Below are positions 51,226 to 64,000 of a stretch of DNA of 64,000 nucleotides, one piece after another. Origin of the DNA: the human T2T-CHM13v2.0 reference genome, Homo sapiens; NCBI RefSeq assembly GCF_009914755.1, contig NC_060930.1; one strand, 5' to 3'. The stretch's first letter is position 1, and each line of letters begins with the position of its first letter. Both the position numbers and the translations under genes were made by a program. The notes beneath the pieces were generated by a model, which was not told where the DNA came from, did not search any database, and saw only the letters and a list, made by a program, of their open reading frames with translations.

Positions 51226-52524
51226 TAAATATCCAGGTACAGGAAGCTTAAAGGCCTAGAATTAGATTCAACACAAAGAAGACTTTACCAAGGCATATTA
51301 TGATCAAACTGTCAGAAATCAAGGATGAAGAGGTAATCTTCAAAGTAGAAAGATAAAATAAGTTTAATAAATACAAGGGAAATTTTATAAGGCTATAAAT
51401 GAATTTTTCAGCAGAAATAAGCAAGGAGAAGATGTGATTATGTATTAAATATGCTAGTGGGGAAAAAACAAACTTTCCAACCAAAATATATTTTATCTGG
51501 AACATATATCATTCAGAAATGGTGAGATAAAGGCTTTCCTAAATACACAGAAATTAAGGGAGTTCACTAACAACAGACTTGTCTTACAAAAAAATTCTAA
51601 AGACAGTTTTTCAAGCTGAAACAAAATGATACTAATTAGTAACATGAGAACATACGAAAGTTTAAGATTCACTTGAAAAATTGAATACCCAGTCAACTAC
51701 AGAATATTCTAATATTGTGAAAATGTTGTGTAAAACATTTATACTTTTAATATATAGCTTTAAAAAATCATTAAAAATAATGATGGATACAATAATTTGG
51801 TAAGAGGTACACAATAAGAACATATATATTGTGAGAGAAAAACCATTAAGATGTGTGAAAAGTAAAAATGTAGATTTTTTATGTATTATTATCAGCTTAA
51901 AATATACTTTGATAAATATCAGATATTTTGTGTAATCCTCATAGTAACATGAAACCAAAAACCTATAGTACATGCCAAAACAAAAAAAGAGAGAAAGGAA
52001 TAAAAGTGTACTATTACAGGACATCATCAATTTGTAAAAGAAGGCAGCAAGAGTGGAAGAATGGAACAAAGTGTATACAAAACAGAAAATCATTTAATGA
52101 AATAACAGTAATAAGTTATTAGTTACCTTGAATGGAAATGAATTACATACAAAATAATCCTTCCTGATTACGTAGACATTGAATGACTGAATGGATACAA
52201 AACCAAGACCCAATTACGTGCTGCCTACAGTGGACTCACTTCAGCTTTAATGACACATATAAACTGAAAGTAAAGGGATATATAATAATGAATGAGTTAA
52301 TTAATCATGAGGTTATACTTTTACATACATATTTATCAAACATTGATTCAGCCAAAAATATATAAATATTAATACTTCTTAAGAAAACAACAACAATTCA
52401 AAAATGATAGAAGGTTTTATTAACCCACTTTCAGAAACAGGAAGGTGATCTAGACCAAAATTAATAAGAAAATATTGTTAGGCCACAAAACAAATCTCAA
52501 CAGATATAAAGTTAAAATCATGAT

Positions 52525-54618
52525 GGGGGAAGCGGCCAAAGTATGCCCTCTTTCACCAATCCTATTCAACATAGTACTGAGAGTCATGGCCAGAGCAATC
52601 AGCCAAGAGAAAGAAATAAGAGGCACCCAAATAGGAACAGAAGAAGTCAAATGATCTCTCTTTGCAGACAATATGATTCCATACCTAGAAAACCCCAAAG
52701 TCTCTTCCCAAAAGCTCCTTGATCTGTTAAGCAATTTCAACAAAGTTTCAGAATACAAAATCAATATACAAAAACAAATACTATTTCAATACACCAACAA
52801 CATCTATGCTGAGACTGAAATCAAGAACATAATCCCATTTACAATAGCTACAAAAATAATAAAATATCCAGGAATACAGCTAGAGAAGTGAAAGATCTCT
52901 ACAATGAGAATTACAAAATGCTGCTCAAAGAAATCAGAGACAACAAGACAAAAGGAAAAACATTCCATAATTATGGCTAGAAAGTGTCAATGTTGCTAAA
53001 AATGGCCATGTTTCCCAAAGAAACTTACAGATTCAATGCTATTCCTATCAAACTACCAATTACATTCTTCACAGAATTAGAAAAAAACTTTTCTAAAATT
53101 CATGTAAAACCAAAAAAAGAAAAAAAAAAAGCCTGAATAGCCAAGGCAATACTAAGCAGAAAGAACAAATCTGGAGGCATCACATTACTCAACTTAAAAC
53201 TATATTACAAGGGTGCAATGACCAGAATAGCATGGTACTGGTACAAAAGCAGACACATAAACCAATGGAACAGAATGGAGAGCCCCAAAATAGTGCTGCA
53301 CACCTAAAACCATCTGATCTTTGATAAACCTGACCAAAAAAAAAAAAAAAAAAAACACGGGGAAAATATTCCCTATTCAATAAACGGCTCTGGGATAACT
53401 GGATAGCCATATGCAGAAGATTAAAATCAAACTCCTTCCTTACACATATACATAAATCAACTCAAGATGCATTAAAGACTTAAATGTAAATCCTAAAAGT
53501 ATAAAAACCCTGGAAAATAACTTAAGAAATTCGATAATGGACCTAGGAACTGGCAACGATTTCTTGGTGGAGATCCCAAAACAAATTGTGACAAAAACAA
53601 AAGTTGACAAATGAGACCTAATTAAACTAAAGCTCTGCACAGCAAAGGAAACTATCAACAGAGTAAACAGACAACCTTCAGAGTGAGACAAAATATTTAC
53701 AAACTATGTATTCAACAAAGGTCTAATATCCAGACTGTAAGGAATTTAAACAAATTTACAAGCAAAAAACAACTCCATTAAGAAATGAGCAAAGGGTATG
53801 AAGAGACACTTTGAAAAGAAGATATACGTGTGGCCAACAAGCATAAGAAAAAATACTCAACATCACTAACCATTAGAGAAATGCAATTCAAAACCACAAT
53901 GAGATACCATCTCACAATAGTCAGAATGGCTATTACTAAAAAGTAAAAAAAAAACCAGATGCTTGCCAGATTGCAGAGAAAACAGAATACTTATACACTG
54001 TTGGTGGAAATGTAAAACAGTTTGGCAATTTTGGAAAGTGTGATGATTCTTCAAAGAACTTAAAACAGAATCACCACTTGACCCAGCTATCCCATTATTG
54101 GGTATATACACAAAAGAATATAAATCACTCTACTATAAAGACACATGCATGTGTATCTTTACTGCAGCACTTCACAATAGCAAAGACATAAAATCAGTCT
54201 AAAGGCTCATCAATAGTTGATTGGATAAAGAGAATGTGGTAGATATAAACCATGGAATACTATGCAGCCATAAAAAGAACTAAATAATGTTCTTTGCAGC
54301 AACATGACGGAGCTGAAGGCCATTATCCTAAGAAAATGAATGCTAGAACAGAAATCCAAATACCACATGTGCTCACTTATAAGTGGGAGCTAAACAATGA
54401 GAACAAATGAAAACAAAGAGGGAAACAACAGACACTGGGGCTTACTTGAGGGTGGAGTGTAGGAGAAGCAAAGCGAGAGGATAAAAAAAATTACCTATTG
54501 GGTATGATGCTAATTACTTGAGCGATGAAATAATCTGTACACTACACCCTCATGACGCAGTTTAACTTATAACAAACCATCATATATACCCCTCAACCTA
54601 AAATAAAAATTAAAAAGA
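52525..54618 (+). mobile_element. 5'-truncated L1PA15/16-like element
   Basis: Starts in RT (tgccctctttcacc...); MIPYLENPK; 3'UTR gaaataatctgtac...cccctcaacctaaaataaaaattaaaaa. Confidence 0.85.
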
Positions 54619-55245
54619 TAATATTAATAATAAAATTATCCAGGTGAATCAATTCCAGGGAAATTATATGTAGTATAGAAAATATGCACACAATTCTTCA
54701 CTATAGCATTATTATCATTAATATTATTATTATGTTGAGATGAAGTCTTGCTCTGTTGCCCAGGCAGGAGCGCAGTCGTGTGATCTTGGCTTCTGCAACC
54801 TCCACCTCCCAGGTTCAAGCAATTCTCCTGCCTCAGCCTCCTGAGCAGCTGGGATTACAGGCACCTGCCACCATGCATGGTTAACTTTTGTATTTTCAGT
54901 ATAAACAGGGTTTCACCATGTTGACTAGGCTGGTCTCAGACTCCTGATCTCATGTGATCTGCCCGCCTCAGCCTTCCAAAGTGCTGGGATTACAGGTGTG
55001 AGCCACTGCAGTCGGACAGCATTATTTTTAATAGTGGAAAATTATAAGAATCTAAAGGTTCAAAAAGGGTGAAAGATTGAGCAAACCCAAGTTGGTCTGC
55101 TCTAGAAATATTATGAAGCCACTGGAAATATTACAAAACCACAGTTATGAAGACTACATTATAACATGAGAAAAGTTTATGGAATAATGCTCAGTTGAAA
55201 AAACTGGCTATATAAAGTAGTCTGCATTAAAATATATTACATAAA
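54619..55245 (+). mobile_element. Highly decayed L1ME-like 3' fragment (putatively transduced flank), split by an Alu
   Basis: ttcactatagcattattttta atagtggaaaatt...gaaatattatgaagccact...ataacatgagaaaagtttatggaataatgctcagttgaaaaa resembles L1ME 3' ends. Confidence 0.55.
54714..55017 (-). mobile_element. AluS
   Basis: (ATT)n tail; 9-bp TSD agcattatt at 54705-54713 and 55018-55026. Confidence 0.92.
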
Positions 55246-57106
55246 AAAAGAAAACTTAAAATTTTAAATAAGTAACTCAAGAAAATCATATCAAGTATCT
55301 TTTTTTACTACAATGGTATGAAACTAGAAATTAATAGCAGGAAGAATTTTGAAAAATTCACAAATATGTGGAAATAAAGCAATACACTCCTGAGTCACCA
55401 GTGGGTCAAAGGAACGCAATAATTTTCCAGTAACTAATCCCCAGAAATGAAGAATTATGCATTGACTGACAATTAATTCAAAGTAATTGTTTTTAGGGAA
55501 AATTGGTGTACTATAATAAAACACAGAGAAACTACTCAATGATATCAGGAACAGTCAGAGTTGTTTATCCATCGGTTGGTCAGGAATGTGTTGTTTGATT
55601 TCCACATATTTGTGAATTATTCAGAATTCTTCCTGTTACTGATATCTAGTTTCAGTTTCATAGCAGTCATGGTAAAATCAAAGGAAAAATTTAAAAATAT
55701 CTTGAGACAAACAAAAAATGGAAACACGACATACCAATACCAAAGAAGGAAGGCAAAGCAGTTTTAAGGAGATAAGGGGAGAGTTATAACAATAAATGTC
55801 TATACTAAAAAAGCAAAAGATAACAAACAACCTAATGAAGCAACTCAAGGAACTAGAAAAAGAGGAACATACTAAGCTCAAAGTTAGTAGAAAGAAGACA
55901 ATAGCAACTATAACAGAAGAAACAAGATAGAAACTAGAAAAACAATGAAAAGGTAAATACAACTAAAAGTTGTATTTTTAATGAAATTGTCCACCTTTTA
56001 ACTTGATTAAGAAAAAAAGATGAAAGACCCAAATGAAATTAGAAATGAAATAGGGGATATTACAATTGCTACCATAGAAATAAAAAAGATCATAAGAGAC
56101 TACCATGAACAATGTACACCAACAAATTGAATAACATAGCAGAAATGTATAAATTTCTAAAAAATGAAATGCAACCTACCAAGACTGAATTATAAAGAAA
56201 TAGAAAATCTGAACAGGTCAATAGTAAGTAAAAAGATTGGATTGGTAGTAGAAATTCTCCCGTCTAAGAAAAACCAAGAACTTTATGGCCAGCATTACCT
56301 TGATTCTAAAACCAGATGAAGACACTACAAATAAATAAAATTGCAGGCTAATATAGATGCAAAACTCCTCTGCAAAACACTAGCACATTCAATGGCATAT
56401 TGAAAGGATCATTCACAATGATCAAATGTGGAATTTTGTCCCTGAGTTACAAGGGTAGTTCAATACACCCGTCAGTAAATATTGTAATATATCAACATAA
56501 TAAAGAAAAAAACACCATGTGATCATCTCAGTTAATATGGCAACAAATGCATAAATAAACAAATGGGATTGCATTAAATTAAAACTTCTGCAAGGCGAAG
56601 GAAACAGTAAACAGTGAAAAGACAACATGTGGAAGGCAAGAAAATATTTGCAAACCATGTATCTGATAAGAGGTTAATACTCAAAATATGTAAGGAGTTC
56701 AAACAACTGAATAGCAAGAAAACAAATAACCCGGTTAAAAACTGGGCAAGGAACATGAATAAACATTTCTCTGAAGAACACATACAAATGGACAGCCAGT
56801 TTATGAAAAAAAAAGCTTAACATCATTCGGGTAAGTACAAATCCAACCATAATGAGATATCACCTAACAGCTGTTAGAATGGCTATTTTCAAAACGGCAA
56901 AATAAACCCCACGTTCTGGCAAAGCTGTAGAAAAAAAAGAGAACTCTTATACATTGCTGGTTGGTAGGTACACTAGTACAGCCATTATGAGAAACAGTAT
57001 GCAGGGTTCTTAAAAAATTAATATAGGACTATCTTATGACCTAGTAATCTCATTATTGGGCATATGTTTAAAGGAAATGAAATTAGTATCTCAAAGAGTT
57101 ATCTGA

Positions 57107-58009
57107 GGGGAGCCAAGATGGCCGAATAGGAACAGCTCCGGTCTACAGCTCCCAGCGTGAGCGACGCAGAAGACGGGTGATTTCCGCATTTCCATCTGAG
57201 GTACCGGGTTCATCTCACTAGGGAGTGCCAGACAGTGGGCGCAGGTCAGTGTGTGTGCGCACTGTGCGCGAGCCGAAGCAGGGTGAGGCATTGCCTCACT
57301 CGGGAAGCACAAGGGGTCACGGAGTTCCCTTTCTGAGTCAAAGAAAGGGGTGACAGACGGCACCTGGAAGATCGGGTCACTCCCACCCGAATACTGTGCT
57401 TTCCCGACGGGCTTAAAAAACGGCGCACCACGAGATTATATCCCGCACCTGGCTGGGAGGGTCCTACGCCCACGGAGTCTGGCTGATTGCTAGCAAAGCA
57501 GTCTGAGATCAAACTGCAAGGTGGCAGCCAGGCTGGGGGAGGGGCGCCCGCCATTGCCCAGGCTTGATTAGGTAAACAAAGCAGCCGGGAAGCTCCAACT
57601 GGGTGGAGCCCACCACAGCTCAAGGAGGCCTGCCTGCCTCTGTAGGCTCCACCTCTGGGGGCAGGGCTCAGACAAACAAAAAGACAGCAGTAACTTCTGC
57701 AGACTTAAATATCCCTGTCTGACAGCTTTGAAGAGAGCAGTGGTTCTCCCAGCACGCAGCTGGAGATCTGAGAATGGGCAGACTGCCTCCTCAAGTGGGT
57801 CCCTGACCCCTGACCCCCGAGCAGCCTAACTGGGAGGCACCCCCCAGCAGGGGCACACTGACACCTCACACGGCAGGGTATTCCAACAGACCTGCAGCAG
57901 AGGGTCCTCTCTGTTTGGAGGAAAACTGACAAACAGAAAGGACATCCACACCAAAAACCCATCTGTACATCACCATCATCAAAGACCAAAAGTAGATAAA
58001 ACCACAAAG
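57107..58009 (+). promoter_or_regulatory. L1 5'UTR internal sense and antisense promoter, CpG-rich, with YY1 site
   Basis: YY1 core AAGATGGCC at 57115-57123; many retained CpGs; matches the primate L1 5'UTR. Confidence 0.85.
57246..57554 (-). CDS. L1 ORF0-like antisense ORF, 102 aa
   Basis: ATG at 57554; MAGAPPPAWLPPCSLISDCFASNQPDSVGVGPSQPG... matches the ORF0 N-terminus; expression unknown. Confidence 0.6.
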   Translation of the reverse strand: MAGAPPPAWLPPCSLISDCFASNQPDSVGVGPSQPGAGYNLVVRRFLSPSGKHSIRVGVTRSSRCRLSPLSLTQKGNSVTPCASRVRQCLTLLRLAHSAHTH

Positions 58010-59023
58010 ATGGGGAAAAAACAGAACAGAGAAACTGGAAACTCTAAAAAGCAGAGCACCTCTCCTCTTCCAAAGGAACGCAGTTCCTCACCAGCAACAG
58101 AACAAAGCTGGATGGACAATGACTTTGACGAGCTGAGAGAAGAAGGCTTCAGACGATCAAATTACTCTGAGCTACGGGAGGACATTCAAACCAAAGGCAA
58201 AGAAGTTGAAAACTTTGAAAAAAATTTAGAATGTATAACTAGAATAACCAATACAGAGAAGTGCTTAAAGGAGCTGATGGAGCTGAAAACCAAGGCTCGA
58301 GAACTACGTGAAGAATGCAGAAGCCTCACGAGCCGATACGATCAACTGGAAGAAAGGGTATCAGCGATGGAAGATGAAATGAATGAAATGAAGTGAGAAG
58401 GGAAGTTTAGAGAAAAAAGAATAAAAAGAAATGAGGAAAGCCTCCAAGAAATATGGGACTATGTGAAAAGACCAAATCTACGTCTGATTGGTGTACCTGA
58501 AAGTGATGGGGAGAATGGAACCAAGTTGGAAAACACTCTGCAAGATATTATCCAGGAGAACTTCCGCAATCTAGCAAGGCAGGCCAACGTTCAGATTCAG
58601 GAAATACAGAGAACGCCACAAAGATACCCCTCGAGAAGAGCAACTCCAAGACACATAATTGTCGGATTCACCAAAGTTGAAATGAAGGAAAAAATGTTAA
58701 GGGCAGCCAGAGAGAAAGGTCGGGTTACCCTCAAAGGGAAGCCCATCAGACTAACAGCGGATCTCTCGGCAGAAACCCTACAAGCCAGAAGAGAGTGGGG
58801 GCCAATATTCAACATTCTTAAAGAAAAGAATTTTCAACCCAGAATTTCATATCCAGCCAAACTAAGCCTCATAAGTGAAGGAGAAATAAAATGCTTTACA
58901 GACAAGCAAATGCTGAGAGATTTTGTCACCACCAGGCCTGCCTTACAAGAGCTCCTGAAGGAAGCACTAAACATGGAAAGGAACAACCAGTACCAGCCGC
59001 TGCAAAATCATGCCAAAATGTAA
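58010..59023 (+). pseudogene. L1 ORF1p, disrupted by one nonsense codon
   Basis: MGKKQNR...LQNHAKM in one frame; CGA>TGA at 58394-58396; one codon deleted (NLECI versus NLEECI). Confidence 0.95.
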
Positions 59024-59059
59024 AGACCATCGAGACTAGGAAGAAACTGCATCAACTAA

Positions 59060-62913
<3,854 letters not shown>

Positions 62914-63269
62914 ACAATGAGATCACATGGACACAGGAAGGGGAATATCACACTCTGGGGACTGTTGTGGGGTGGGGGGAGAGGGGAGGTATAGCATCGG
63001 GAGATATACCTAATGCTAGATGACGAGTTAGTGGGTGCAGCGCACCAGCATGGCACATGTATACATATGTAACTAACCTGCACAATGTGCATGTGTACTC
63101 TAAAACTTAAAGTATAATAAAAAAAAAAAAAAGAGATATCTGAACACCCATGCTCACTGCAGCAATATTCACAATGGCCAAGATCTGGAATTGACCTGTT
63201 TCCATTGACATATGGATGAATAAAAGAAATGTGTGCACATATATATACATACATACATATATCCTGGAT

Positions 63270-63270
63270 A

Positions 63271-63324
<54 letters not shown>

Positions 63325-63325
63325 T
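63270..63325. repeat. (TA)19 within a 56-bp perfect palindrome
   Basis: atgtgtgca-(TA)19-tgcacacat. Confidence 0.92.
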
Positions 63326-63340
63326 TTCTTTTATTTATAT

Positions 63341-63811
63341 GGTGAAAGGAAAATAAATCTTGGGTCTCCAAAATTACTAAGCTAAAGGAAAAAGTCAAGC
63401 TGGGAACTGCTTAGGGTAAACCTGCCTCCTGTCCTATTCGAAGTCATCTCTCTGCTCACTGAGATAAATGCATACCTGATTGCCTCCTTTGGAAAAGCTA
63501 ATCAGAAACTCAAAAGAATGCAACCATTCACCCCTTATCTACCTATGACCTGGAAGCCACCTCCCCACTTCAAATCGCCCTGCCTTTGCTTCCAGTTGTC
63601 CCAGCTTTCTGGACCTAATGAAGGTTTATCTTACATATATTGATTGGTGTTTCATGTCTCCCCAAATTGTATGAAACCAGGTTGTACCTGAACCACCTTG
63701 GGCACCCTTTGTCAGGACCTCCTGAGGCTGTATCACAAGTACATACCCTTAACTTTGGCAAAATAAACTTCCTAAATTGACTAAGACCTGTCTCAGATAT
63801 ATTGCTTAGCA
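63341..63811 (+). mobile_element. MER4A1-like ERV1 solo LTR
   Basis: gtgaaaggaaaataaatcttggg...aagtcaagctgggaactgcttaggg...ggcaaaataaacttcctaaattgactaagacctgtctcagata; 4-bp TSD ATAT. Confidence 0.85.
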
Positions 63812-64000
63812 ATATACATGCACATGCACACAACACATACACAAATTGGAATACTATTCAGCCTCCCAAAAAAGACATTCTGTCATTCGTGACTACATGG
63901 GTGAAAGAGGAGAACATTATGCTAATTAAATGAAGCTAGAAACAGAAAGACAGATACTGTATTATCTCACTTACATGTGGAATATAAAAATGTCAAACTC

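Overview
This is human genomic DNA, not prokaryotic: it carries an AluYb8, several AluY and young L1PA elements. It is AT-rich and roughly two-thirds interspersed repeat by eye. I find no cellular protein-coding gene, RNA gene or CRISPR array. The long ORFs in the track are LINE-1 ORF1, ORF2 or ORF0, and the short ones look like chance frames, mostly inside repeats. Layout: old minus-strand L1M remnants with two Alus (1-7.3 kb); mostly unique DNA with an MSTB solo LTR (7.3-16.9 kb); an L1MA1/2-like element with a scrambled ORF2 (16.9-22.2 kb); a 5'-inverted L1PA2/3 (25.8-27.1 kb); L2, Alus, MSTA/THE1D, Tigger1, LTR33 and MER58A (28.9-41.7 kb); a 3'-truncated L1PA holding the AluYb8 (41.9-47.6 kb); and an old L1MA host (48.1-64 kb) containing AluY, MER47A, an L1PA15/16, a full-length inactivated L1PA2/3 and a MER4A1 LTR. 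I see no evidence for a new biological system. The most notable signals are an apparent ancient L1 3' transduction, four locally templated insertion or template-switch scars, an open ORF0 with both splice donors, a candidate minus-strand non-coding exon, a left-monomer AluY with perfect TSDs, and a 56-bp perfect palindrome. Subfamily names come from recalled consensus sequences and need RepeatMasker/Dfam confirmation; boundaries of old repeats are approximate.
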